A stretch of 64,000 nt of DNA, taken from Chitinophaga pinensis (GTDB lineage Bacteria; Bacteroidota; Bacteroidia; Palsa-965). How positions within the stretch are numbered: the first letter of the stretch is position 1; each line of letters begins with the position of its first letter. Positions 56,193 to 64,000 of this stretch are shown piece by piece. The position numbers were made by a program, and so were the translations under genes. The stretch lies in contig CALRZN010000018.1 of the NCBI GenBank assembly GCA_943372645.1, positions 27,771-91,770 on the forward strand, in the 5' to 3' direction. The notes beneath the pieces were generated by a model. The model ran no database searches. It was given only the letters and a program-made list of their open reading frames with translations, and was not told the origin of the DNA.

Positions 56193-57223
56193 AGAAGCTG
56201 TTACTCATCGGTACCAATTCCATACACGTGTACAATTACCTGGCACTGGTGCGCGATGCGTTTGATGAAGTATTGCTTATCACCGATTCAAAGCGGGAAG
56301 GGGAGCAGGTGCCGGTGGAAACCGTAAACTTTTCGCTGCGCAGCATCCCTGCGCGATTATTTACTGCAGGAAAAATCCGGAAAATAACGCAACGATTCAA
56401 GCCGGATGTGATCCACATTCACCAGGCCAACTCGGTTGCGTGGTATGCGCTCAATGGTGTGTATGGTATGGGTATTCCTACTGTGCTTACTGCCTGGGGA
56501 AGCGATGTGCTGTTGCTGCCGCAGCGGGGCGGATTTCTGCGCCGCATGGTTTTGCAGAACCTTGAACGCGCCACGCACTGCACAGCCGATGCGCAGCAAC
56601 TGGCCGATGCAATTACCGCACTTGTTCCCGGCAAAAAAGTAACTGTTGCCAATTTTGGCATCAGCATCGAACCGGTTGAATTGCCTAAAGAAAACATCAT
56701 CTACTCCAACCGCCTGCATAAGCCGCTTTACCGCATTGATGCCGTGCTGCGCGGATTCAAACGTTTTACCGCTGGGCACACCGGCCGCCCCTGGAAACTG
56801 GTGATTGCTGCAACCGGCGAAGAAACTGCAAAACTGGAAGAACTTGCCGGAACACTTGGTATTACTTCGCTTGTGCAGTTTGCCGGATGGGTGGACAAAA
56901 AAACGAACGCTGATTTTTATGCCCGCGCGCGCATCTTTGTTTCTCTGCCCGAAAGTGATGCCACGGCCATCAGTCTGCTCGAAGCCATGGCCTGCGGCTG
57001 CATCCCCGTACTGTCAGACCTGCCGGCCAACCGCGAATGGGTTACGCCCGGTAAAAACGGCATCATCGTAACCGATCTTGAAAGCGATTTTTTTGCAGCG
57101 GCATTGCAACTGGATGAACACGCAGTACGTTTGCAGAACGCAGCAATAATAGAAGCACGCGGTACCAAGGCAGCAAACCGCCGCATTTTCCTGGATGTTT
57201 ACAAATCGCTGCTGACCAAATGA
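56189..57223 (+). CDS. glycosyltransferase family 4
   Basis: MKKLLLIGTNSIHVYNY... and an E-x7-E region (SLLEAMACGCIPVLSDLPANREWV). ATGA overlap with the upstream gene. Confidence 0.8.
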   Translation: MKKLLLIGTNSIHVYNYLALVRDAFDEVLLITDSKREGEQVPVETVNFSLRSIPARLFTAGKIRKITQRFKPDVIHIHQANSVAWYALNGVYGMGIPTVLTAWGSDVLLLPQRGGFLRRMVLQNLERATHCTADAQQLADAITALVPGKKVTVANFGISIEPVELPKENIIYSNRLHKPLYRIDAVLRGFKRFTAGHTGRPWKLVIAATGEETAKLEELAGTLGITSLVQFAGWVDKKTNADFYARARIFVSLPESDATAISLLEAMACGCIPVLSDLPANREWVTPGKNGIIVTDLESDFFAAALQLDEHAVRLQNAAIIEARGTKAANRRIFLDVYKSLLTK

Positions 57224-58329
57224 AACACATCTGCCACCTGACATCTGTGCATAAAGCCAATGATGTGCGCATCTACGAAAAAGAGTGCATTTCATTAGTC
57301 AAAGCAGGCTTCCGCGTTTCGCTGGTGGCAGTTAATCCCGATGTGGAATTAACAGAAGGTGTTACGTTGCTGCCGGTTCAGGTAAGTTATTCCGGACGTT
57401 TTTCACGGTTTACAAAAGTGGTAAAAGCAGTGCTCGAAAAAGCAATCGAAGCCGATGCCGATCTGTACCACTTTCACGATCCCGAACTGATGCGTATTGC
57501 ACCGCAGCTGCTGAAACGTGGCAAAAAAGTGGTGTACGATTCACACGAAGACCTGCCCAAGCAGATCATGGAAAAACACTGGATTCCGGGTTTGCTGCGT
57601 TCGTTTATTTCCGGTGTCGTGCGCCGCTATGAACACCGCATCGCTCGTAAACTGTCGGGTGTGGTAACAGCAACACCAATTATTACCGCACGTTTTGCGC
57701 AGCAGAATAAACATACTGCAACCATCTGCAACTATCCGCGCCTCGATGCGCTGCCTGCACCAGCTGATTTTGCTGGAAAAGCAAACGAAGTGTGTTATAT
57801 CGGCGGCATTTTTCATTCGCGCGGGGCGGTTGAAATTGTAAAAGCCATCGGGCTTACCACGTACCGCATGAACCTGGCCGGCAATTATTCGCCCGAGTCG
57901 CTGCGCGATGAACTGGTTCAGCTGCCGGGATGGGAAAACGTGAACGAACTCGGTTTTGTAAACCGCAAAGGCATTGCCGAAGTACTTACCTGTTCCAAAG
58001 TAGGTTTGGTAACGCTGCATCCAACACCGAGTTATGTGGAAGCATTGCCCATCAAAATGTTTGAATATATGGCCGCCGGTATCCCGGTTATCGCTTCCGA
58101 CTTTCCGATGTGGCGCGATATTGTAATCAAAAACGATTGCGGCGTTTGTGTTGACCCGATGAATCCGCAGGCCATTGCCGATGCAATCAATAAGCTGCTC
58201 AGTGATGAAACAACAGCAAAACGCATGGGTGAAAACGGACGCAATGCGGTGCTGAATTTTTACACGTGGGAAACAGAAGCTGCCAAACTGGTTGCTTTTT
58301 ACAATACCTTATTCAACGCAACAGCATGA
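57220..58329 (+). CDS. glycosyltransferase family 4 (WbuB-like)
   Basis: MKHICHLTSVHKANDVRIYEKEC (typical N-terminus), HFHDPEL, and KMFEYMAAGIPVIASDFPMWRDIV. ATGA overlap with the upstream gene. Confidence 0.8.
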   Translation: MKHICHLTSVHKANDVRIYEKECISLVKAGFRVSLVAVNPDVELTEGVTLLPVQVSYSGRFSRFTKVVKAVLEKAIEADADLYHFHDPELMRIAPQLLKRGKKVVYDSHEDLPKQIMEKHWIPGLLRSFISGVVRRYEHRIARKLSGVVTATPIITARFAQQNKHTATICNYPRLDALPAPADFAGKANEVCYIGGIFHSRGAVEIVKAIGLTTYRMNLAGNYSPESLRDELVQLPGWENVNELGFVNRKGIAEVLTCSKVGLVTLHPTPSYVEALPIKMFEYMAAGIPVIASDFPMWRDIVIKNDCGVCVDPMNPQAIADAINKLLSDETTAKRMGENGRNAVLNFYTWETEAAKLVAFYNTLFNATA

Positions 58330-59573
58330 AGCAACGTGCACCGGTATTTCATCTTTACCTGCTGCAGGCGCTCGCGTTTACACTGCCGCTGTTGCCGCAG
58401 GTGGTTCCGCTGTTCATTGTTTTGCTTTTTATCAACTGGTTCTGGCTGCCTAAAAAACGCCCGGAGTTCAGCAGCCACTGGCCGCTTTACCTGCTGCTCC
58501 TGTTGTTCGGCTGGTTTGCGGTTTCACTTGCATGGACTTCACACCTGAAAGATGGTTTTGCCGAACTGGAAACGAAACTTTCGTTAGTTCTTTTACCGCT
58601 TATTTTAATGACTACGGAAATAATGCAACCGGATTCGTTCCGGAAAATTATCCGGTTTTTTGTTTGGGGATGCGCGGCCGCTGCTGTAATGTGTCTGCTC
58701 TATGCAACCGGCTGTGTTATTAATGAGCAAATCGAAATTGCGATGGGCAAACACAATGATAATTTCCGGTACTACTGGTTTTTCCGCGATCGTGTTACGC
58801 CGTTTTTTCACCCTTCGTATCATTCGCTTTATTTCTGTTTCGGACTGGCGGCGATGTGGTATCTGAAACACGTGGCGGCTCAAAAATTATCCCGTCTCGA
58901 AATACTGCAGCTGGCCTTAATGGTTTTGTTGATTATTTTGCTCAGCTCAAAGGCAGGCTGGCTGGGAATGGGCGCTTTACTGCTGGCATTCAGCGTTTAC
59001 CTCGTCCGTGTATTGCGTATGTACAAAGCCGTGCTGCTGATCGGGATTGGAACTATACTCGTATTCGGATCGCTTTATTTCACCGTTCAGGAATTTCAGC
59101 GTCGTATTGATGGCGCATGGTACGCACTCACCGCGCAGGAAGTGGATGCATCCAGCAGCGAAAGCAGTGCCGTGCGCCGCCTCGTCTGGAAAGCAGCAAC
59201 GGAGCGGGCAGAAGAGGCCGGTATGTTTGGTTATGGCATTGGTTCGGCACTGGATACACTGGCAGCGAAATACAAAGCATTCGGGCTCGAAGCCGAGGCA
59301 AAAGATCGCCTCAACGCACACAACCAGGTGCTGCATTCGTCTATTACGGCTGGCTGGATTGCGGGACTGATTACCGCTTTACTGCTGCTGCTGCCCCTCA
59401 TCGCAGCCATACGCTACCGCAATTATCTGCTCATTGCTTTTCTAGGCCTGGTGTTACTCAACTTTTCGGTGGAAGCCATGCTGGAGCGCCAGTGGGGTGT
59501 AACCTTTTATGCGTTTATATTTGCACTGCTTTTTACACAGCCATGGAAAACCGCCGAACGTACGAAACAGTAG
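58326..59573 (+). CDS. O-antigen ligase/polymerase family (Wzy-like) membrane protein, copy 2
   Basis: Polytopic. LSSKAGWLGMGALLLAF and a large loop with VRRLVWKAATERAEEAGMFGYGIGS...NAHNQVLHS. ATGA overlap with the upstream gene. Confidence 0.7.
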   Translation: MKQRAPVFHLYLLQALAFTLPLLPQVVPLFIVLLFINWFWLPKKRPEFSSHWPLYLLLLLFGWFAVSLAWTSHLKDGFAELETKLSLVLLPLILMTTEIMQPDSFRKIIRFFVWGCAAAAVMCLLYATGCVINEQIEIAMGKHNDNFRYYWFFRDRVTPFFHPSYHSLYFCFGLAAMWYLKHVAAQKLSRLEILQLALMVLLIILLSSKAGWLGMGALLLAFSVYLVRVLRMYKAVLLIGIGTILVFGSLYFTVQEFQRRIDGAWYALTAQEVDASSSESSAVRRLVWKAATERAEEAGMFGYGIGSALDTLAAKYKAFGLEAEAKDRLNAHNQVLHSSITAGWIAGLITALLLLLPLIAAIRYRNYLLIAFLGLVLLNFSVEAMLERQWGVTFYAFIFALLFTQPWKTAERTKQ

Positions 59574-60574
59574 CCGTTGTTATTCCCTGCCGGAATGAAA
59601 AGGCGTACATCGGCCTGTGCCTCGATTCGCTGGTGGCCTGTGATTTCGATAAACAAAAACTCGAAGTGTATGTATGCGATGGCCTCAGCGACGACGGAAC
59701 CACTGCAATTGTAAATGATTACAGCGCACGTTATCCGTTTATCCACCTGCTCGAAAACACTGCGCGCACCACGCCGCATGCGCTCAACCTCGGCATCCGC
59801 AGCAGCAAAACGGATGTGGTCATTATCCTCGGCGCACACGCCGCCATTGCCCCCGATTTTATCAGCAGAAATATGGAGGTGCTGAACACGCATGCCGATG
59901 TGGGCTGCGCGGGAGGAATTATTGATAACAAATACGAAAACCGCACATCAGAAAATATCGGCTTGGCCATGTCTTCTGTTTTCGGTGTGGGCAATGCACA
60001 TTTCCGCACCGGCACCAAAGCGGGGTATGTTGATACGGTTGCTTTTGGCGCTTACACGCGGCAGGTATTTGAAAAATGCGGCCTGTTTGATGATGAGCTG
60101 GTGCGCAACCAGGACGATGAGTTTAATTTCCGTATCAGCACACACGGTTTCAAAATCTTTCTCGATCCTTCCATCCGTTCTGATTATTATGTGCGCGGCA
60201 ATTACCGCAAACTGTTCCGGCAGTATTATCAATACGGATACTGGAAGGTTTTTGTAAACCGCAAACACCGGGTAGTTACTTCTGCGCGCCAGCTTATGCC
60301 ACCGGTTTTTGTTGCGGGCCTGTTACTCGGCTGGATTCCTGCACTGTTTGCCTGGTGGTGGATTTTGCTGTGGGCGGGCGGTGTTGTTTTTTACAAGCTG
60401 GCTGCATTGCTGTTTGCCCTGCGGATGAAGCCCCCGCTTTCACAGGTACCTGCCGTGATGTGGAGCTTTTTTATTTTACACAGCAGCTACGGCCTGGGCT
60501 ATATCGAAGGGCTGATTAATTTTATGCTGTTACGCAGAACGCCGCGCAGTTCGGGGAGTAAGTTGACGCGGTAA
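59543..60574 (+). CDS. glycosyltransferase family 2 with C-terminal membrane segments
   Basis: VAVVIPCRNEKAYIGLCLDSL, VCDGLSDDGT and NQDDEFNFR (QxxRW-region-like). ATG at 59543 overlaps the upstream gene by 31 nt. Confidence 0.8.
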   Translation: MENRRTYETVAVVIPCRNEKAYIGLCLDSLVACDFDKQKLEVYVCDGLSDDGTTAIVNDYSARYPFIHLLENTARTTPHALNLGIRSSKTDVVIILGAHAAIAPDFISRNMEVLNTHADVGCAGGIIDNKYENRTSENIGLAMSSVFGVGNAHFRTGTKAGYVDTVAFGAYTRQVFEKCGLFDDELVRNQDDEFNFRISTHGFKIFLDPSIRSDYYVRGNYRKLFRQYYQYGYWKVFVNRKHRVVTSARQLMPPVFVAGLLLGWIPALFAWWWILLWAGGVVFYKLAALLFALRMKPPLSQVPAVMWSFFILHSSYGLGYIEGLINFMLLRRTPRSSGSKLTR

Positions 60575-60643
60575 GTGAATGTCATGTTCAAAGCAGGAAC
60601 TGCTTAATCATTCAATAGTATAAAAATTTACTACCTTTAGGTT

Positions 60644-60883
60644 ATGACTACGAAAGAGGCATTTCATAAACTCATTGATACAATTGCCGATGATAAATTA
60701 CTGGCCGAATATTATTTGCTTGTAAAACAACTGAGCGATAATAAAACCGGTAAACATTGGGATACGCTGCTCGCTGAAGAGCAACAGGAAGTACTGCTGG
60801 CTGCTGACGAAAGCAAAAAAGCGGATAACCTGGTAGATCATGAAGATGTAAAAAAACAGTTCCTGCAATGGCCAGGAAAATAG
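60644..60883 (+). CDS. putative antitoxin of a ParE/RelE-type toxin-antitoxin pair
   Basis: 79-aa acidic protein whose stop overlaps the toxin start by 16 nt. I recognise no family motif. Confidence 0.5.
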   Translation: MTTKEAFHKLIDTIADDKLLAEYYLLVKQLSDNKTGKHWDTLLAEEQQEVLLAADESKKADNLVDHEDVKKQFLQWPGK

Positions 60884-61164
60884 TCTGGACAAAACGCGCC
60901 AATCAAAAACTAACGCTGGTCGCCACTTATTTATCAAAGGAATGGGGTAATGCAGTAGCAACACGCTTTCTTGCCAAAACATTTGATCTTGTTGACCTGC
61001 TGGGAGAATATCCGTTTATTGGTAGTATAGAAGTCCGTGAAAAGAAAATCAGGGGATTACTCATTACGCCTCATAATCGTTTGTTTTATCGCGTTACGCC
61101 TCAAAAAGTTATTGTTTTGAATATTTTTGATACGCGAATGAACAGCAAACAGAAAAAGACCTGA
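60868..61164 (+). CDS. type II toxin-antitoxin system RelE/ParE family toxin
   Basis: 98 aa. IVWTKRANQKL..V..YL...WGN....RFL....D.VDLL.EYPFIG......KIRGLLITPHNRLFYRV....V.VLNIFDTR is the ParE/RelE layout. Confidence 0.75.
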   Translation: MARKIVWTKRANQKLTLVATYLSKEWGNAVATRFLAKTFDLVDLLGEYPFIGSIEVREKKIRGLLITPHNRLFYRVTPQKVIVLNIFDTRMNSKQKKT

Positions 61165-61197
61165 CAGCACCTGTTCATAACGGATTTACTTGGGTAA

Positions 61198-61227
61198 TTG
61201 TTACCCGTCCGGGAATCTGTATTTTTG
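61198..61227 (+). promoter_or_regulatory. Candidate promoter (TTG-N19-TATTTTTG) restarting transcription downstream of the TA pair
   Basis: TTG at 61198-61200 and TATTTTTG at 61220-61227, 28 nt upstream of the ATG at 61256. Confidence 0.45.
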
Positions 61228-61255
61228 CGCTGTAATTATTCTACAAAAACATCGT

Positions 61256-62473
61256 ATGAGCAACCTTATTCCTTTTTCACCGCCGCGCATTGATCAGAAA
61301 ATTATTGATGAAGTAACCGATACTCTTCGTTCAGGCTGGATTACTACAGGCCCAAAAACCAAGCGGTTTGAAAAAGAACTTTCTGCGTATTACGGTGCGC
61401 CGGCCACACTCTGCCTCAACTCGGCCACAGCCGGTCTCGAAATCATCCTCCGCTGGTTCGGTGTAAAAGCAGGCGATGAAGTTATTGTTCCTGCTTATAC
61501 CTATTCGGCTACCGCAAACGTAATTGTGCATTGCGGCGCTACACCCGTGTTTGTGGATGTAAATGCAGATGATTTCAATATTTCTGTTGCTGCCATTGAA
61601 AAGGCAATAACGCCCCGCACCAAGGCCATTATGCCGGTTGATTTCGGCGGCTGGCCCTGCGATTATGATGCGATTAATGCGCTCGTGAAAAAACATGCGG
61701 CTTCATTTACAGCAGAATCCGAAGAGCAAAAACAACTCGGCCGCATACTCGTACTTTCTGATGCGGCACATTCCATCGGTGCTTTTTACAAGGGGAAACG
61801 CACCGGTGCATTAACCGATGTAACCGTTTTTTCGTTCCACGCCGTAAAAAACCTGACCACAGCAGAGGGCGGCGCAGTAGCACTTAACCTGCCGGCCCCG
61901 TTTGACAACGAAGCGATTTACAAATACCTCTGCGTTAAAACACTGCACGGGCAGAATAAAGATGCGCTGGCCAAAATGCAGAAAGGAAACTGGAAATACG
62001 ACATCGTTGAAGCCGGTTACAAATGCAACATGACCGACATAATGGCCGCCATCGGCCTGGTTGAACTGGCACGCTACGATGCAGATACACTGGCTGTACG
62101 CAAAACAGTTTTTGATGCGTACTCTGCTGCCTTTGCAAACGAAGCCTGGGCCGAATTACCGGTGTACGACAAAGACGGTTCTGTTTCATCGTATCACCTG
62201 TACCCGTTGCGTATCAAAGGCATTACGGAAGAACAGCGCGATGCAATTATCCAGGCCATTTTTGATGCAGATGTTTCCGTAAACGTGCATTTTATCCCGG
62301 TACCGATGATGAGTTTTTACAAAGGACTCGGCTACAACATCAGCAACTACCCGGTAACGTACGACAACTTTTCGCGCGAAATTTCCCTGCCCGTTTTCTA
62401 CGACCTGCACCCCGAACTCGTTTCCCGTGTGGTGGAAGCGGTAAAGAATGCAGTGAAAAAAGTACTTGCATAA
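61256..62473 (+). CDS. DegT/DnrJ/EryC1/StrS family sugar aminotransferase (PglE/WbpE-like)
   Basis: MSNLIPFSPPRIDQKIIDEVTDTLRSGWITTGPKT, DAAHSIGA, and FSFHAVKNLTTAEGG (PLP lysine). Confidence 0.88.
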   Translation: MSNLIPFSPPRIDQKIIDEVTDTLRSGWITTGPKTKRFEKELSAYYGAPATLCLNSATAGLEIILRWFGVKAGDEVIVPAYTYSATANVIVHCGATPVFVDVNADDFNISVAAIEKAITPRTKAIMPVDFGGWPCDYDAINALVKKHAASFTAESEEQKQLGRILVLSDAAHSIGAFYKGKRTGALTDVTVFSFHAVKNLTTAEGGAVALNLPAPFDNEAIYKYLCVKTLHGQNKDALAKMQKGNWKYDIVEAGYKCNMTDIMAAIGLVELARYDADTLAVRKTVFDAYSAAFANEAWAELPVYDKDGSVSSYHLYPLRIKGITEEQRDAIIQAIFDADVSVNVHFIPVPMMSFYKGLGYNISNYPVTYDNFSREISLPVFYDLHPELVSRVVEAVKNAVKKVLA

Positions 62474-62479
62474 AATCAG

Positions 62480-63070
62480 ATGCTCAAGCGCCTGTTCGAT
62501 ATTGGATGTTCGTTTATCGGCCTGCTGCTGCTTAGTCCGCTGTTTCTTGTAATTGCCGCCTGGATATTACTCGACAGCCGTGGAGGTGTTTTTTACCGGC
62601 AGGTGCGCGTTGGACAATTTGGCCGTGATTTCCGGCTGTTCAAATTCCGCAGTATGCGCCCCGGCTCCGACAAAAAAGGATTGCTCACCGTAGGCGGAAG
62701 AGATAACCGCATAACGCGTTCCGGTTATTTTCTGCGCCGTTACAAACTGGATGAACTGCCGCAACTGATTAACGTACTCACCGGCGATATGAGCCTTGTA
62801 GGACCACGCCCCGAAGTAAGAAAGTATGTTGAACTATATACGGAAGAACAAAAAAAAGTACTGCAGGTCCGTCCCGGCATTACGGATTATGCGTCCATTG
62901 AATACGCCCGCGAAAACGACCTTCTCGCACAAAGCAACGACCCCGAAAAAACCTACATCGAAGAAATCATGCCCGCCAAACTCCTGCTGAACATGAAATA
63001 CATCAATGAACAGGGATTGGGAACAGATATGAAAATCATCTTCAGAACGTTCGGGAAAATTTTAAGTTAG
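62480..63070 (+). CDS. small bacterial sugar transferase (PglC/WbaP C-domain type, undecaprenyl-phosphate sugar-phosphate transferase)
   Basis: KRLFDIGCSFIGLLLLSPLFLVIA, FKFRSM, LDELPQLINVLTGDMSLVGPRPE. Confidence 0.9.
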   Translation: MLKRLFDIGCSFIGLLLLSPLFLVIAAWILLDSRGGVFYRQVRVGQFGRDFRLFKFRSMRPGSDKKGLLTVGGRDNRITRSGYFLRRYKLDELPQLINVLTGDMSLVGPRPEVRKYVELYTEEQKKVLQVRPGITDYASIEYARENDLLAQSNDPEKTYIEEIMPAKLLLNMKYINEQGLGTDMKIIFRTFGKILS

Positions 63071-63082
63071 TGTATCCATAGG

Positions 63083-63148
63083 GCGCTCACAGATTCCACA
63101 GATTTCCACAGAATTTCTGGGGTAATCTGTGGAAATCCGTGAGAACGC
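63083..63148. repeat. Hairpin-forming REP-like element made of CACAGATTT / AAATCYGTG units
   Basis: ctcacagattccacagattt (63086-63105) pairs imperfectly with aatctgtggaaatccgtgagaa (63124-63145). Confidence 0.6.
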
Positions 63149-63160
63149 TTGAACCACAAA

Positions 63161-63538
63161 CTAATTAATTATACGAACAAGCGTTTCCTTATCCACCAGC
63201 GAAACCGAGTTAAAATTGACCAGTAACCCCAGTTTCTTTTTCGAAATGCGCAGGTAATTCAGCAGCTGTTTTTTGTGAATAGGATGCAAAACCTCCACTG
63301 ATTTTATTTCAATCACCAGCTGATCTTCCACCAGAATATCCATCCGGAAACCAAGATCGAGCGAATGATTTTTGTAAGTAGGGTATAAAGGAACTTCTTC
63401 CACCGCTTTCAACCCCTGCAGCCCCAGCTCAATCATCAAGGCCCTGCTGTAAACACTTTCCAGTAATCCGGGACCCAGTTCTTTGTGTACTTCATAAATC
63501 GCCCCGCGCACTTTGTAACTGATCGCATTAATATCCAT
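63161..63538 (-). CDS. GxxExxY protein (PD-(D/E)XK-like small protein family)
   Basis: KVRGAIYEVHKELGPGLLESVYSRAL contains the eponymous G-LL-E-SV-Y motif. Size 125 aa. Confidence 0.85.
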   Translation of the reverse strand: MDINAISYKVRGAIYEVHKELGPGLLESVYSRALMIELGLQGLKAVEEVPLYPTYKNHSLDLGFRMDILVEDQLVIEIKSVEVLHPIHKKQLLNYLRISKKKLGLLVNFNSVSLVDKETLVRIIN

Positions 63539-63611
63539 CGTAAATACAAATAAAATTAAACGTAAAGTAGCTTATTCAGTGCAAAAATATAGAAAAGTAA
63601 ATAAAAAGCAA

Positions 63612-63653
63612 AAATCCGAGGAATTCCGTGTAAATCCGTGAAATCTGTGAGAA
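63612..63653. repeat. Second block of AAATCYGTG units on the other side of the GxxExxY gene
   Basis: aatccgag-gaattccgtg-taaatccgtg-aaatctgtgagaa. Its last 22 nt are a near-direct repeat of 63124-63145. Confidence 0.6.
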
Positions 63654-63677
63654 AGGGAGGGGGGGAAGTACCACAAT

Positions 63678-64000
63678 CTACAAAGTACCCAACGAAACAA
63701 GCAGCTTGCTCAATTCATCCACCTTATGCGGATACCCGAGTTTTTCATAGCTGTTGATCAGGTTACTCAGCAAACGCCGCATAATCTGCAGGTTCGAACA
63801 GGGCTCGTAATACTCCTGGTGAAACTCCAGCCGCTTCTGTTTCAGAAATGCATCAATTTCTTTTTTGCTCACCACCCAGCCGCGGCTGAACGGATTGATA
63901 TAAAACAACACCCGGTCTCCAAGATCATGGCCGTAGATCGGGTTGCTGTGATCAACATACGCAAGAATAAAATGATCCGGGAAATTCACACCGTAAATCG
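63678..64000 (-). CDS. SirB1-like (transglutaminase-like/TPR) protein, C-terminal part; the N-terminus lies outside the window
   Basis: The reading frame stays open to the window edge; the track 'start' at 63989 is an internal GTG. GVNFPDHFILAY...INPFSRGWVVSKKEI...IMRRLLSNLINSYEKLG resembles the SirB1/YchA family. Confidence 0.5.
   Translation of the reverse strand, partial: IYGVNFPDHFILAYVDHSNPIYGHDLGDRVLFYINPFSRGWVVSKKEIDAFLKQKRLEFHQEYYEPCSNLQIMRRLLSNLINSYEKLGYPHKVDELSKLLVSLGTL

Noticed and set aside
63083-63653. Short tandem AAATCYGTG units considered as a CRISPR-like array.
   Set aside because: The units are only 8-10 nt with no spacers of CRISPR size, no repeat of 24-40 nt and no cas genes. 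They are REP-like rather than CRISPR.
1-64000. Search for tRNA, rRNA, IS elements, integrases, prophage or conjugative genes across the window.
   Set aside because: None of the intergenic gaps shows a tRNA cloverleaf signature (no GGTTCGAATCC-type T-arm outside CDS). No translated ORF shows transposase, integrase or phage hallmark motifs.

Overview
This is a chromosomal window from a gliding, T9SS-bearing Bacteroidota genome. Supporting signs are T9SS type A and type B C-terminal sorting domains, PorP/SprF genes and TAnnTTTG -7 boxes; bulk GC is roughly 50-58% in hand-counted samples. I recognise about 55 protein genes and no rRNA, tRNA, CRISPR array, transposase or integrase. Housekeeping anchors are dnaK, zapA, rny, a 2x[4Fe-4S] ferredoxin, Na/Pi and AI-2E transporters, an ECF sigma/anti-sigma pair and a TonB-dependent receptor. 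Accessory content: (i) A low-GC block (635-4880) abuts a tight four-gene operon of unassignable proteins, headed by a gene resembling an orphan AAA-ATPase N-domain. This is my best candidate for an undescribed effector/immunity-type module. (ii) There are two T9SS type-B cargo + PorP/SprF cassettes. The second carries an adhesin with 11 x 88-aa Asp-box repeats and a PorE-like protein whose OmpA_C domain appears replaced by a SPOR-like domain. (iii) A fused double D-Ala-D-Ala ligase gene is followed by a PASTA protein. (iv) Five consecutive genes encode signal-peptide MORN/TonB_C proteins. (v) An ~11.5-kb Wzx/Wzy-type polysaccharide locus is interrupted by a low-GC ParE/RelE toxin-antitoxin pair. 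(vi) Several REP-like palindromic elements are present, one set bracketing a GxxExxY gene. All functional calls come from motif recognition by eye in the supplied translations; no database search or computation was possible.
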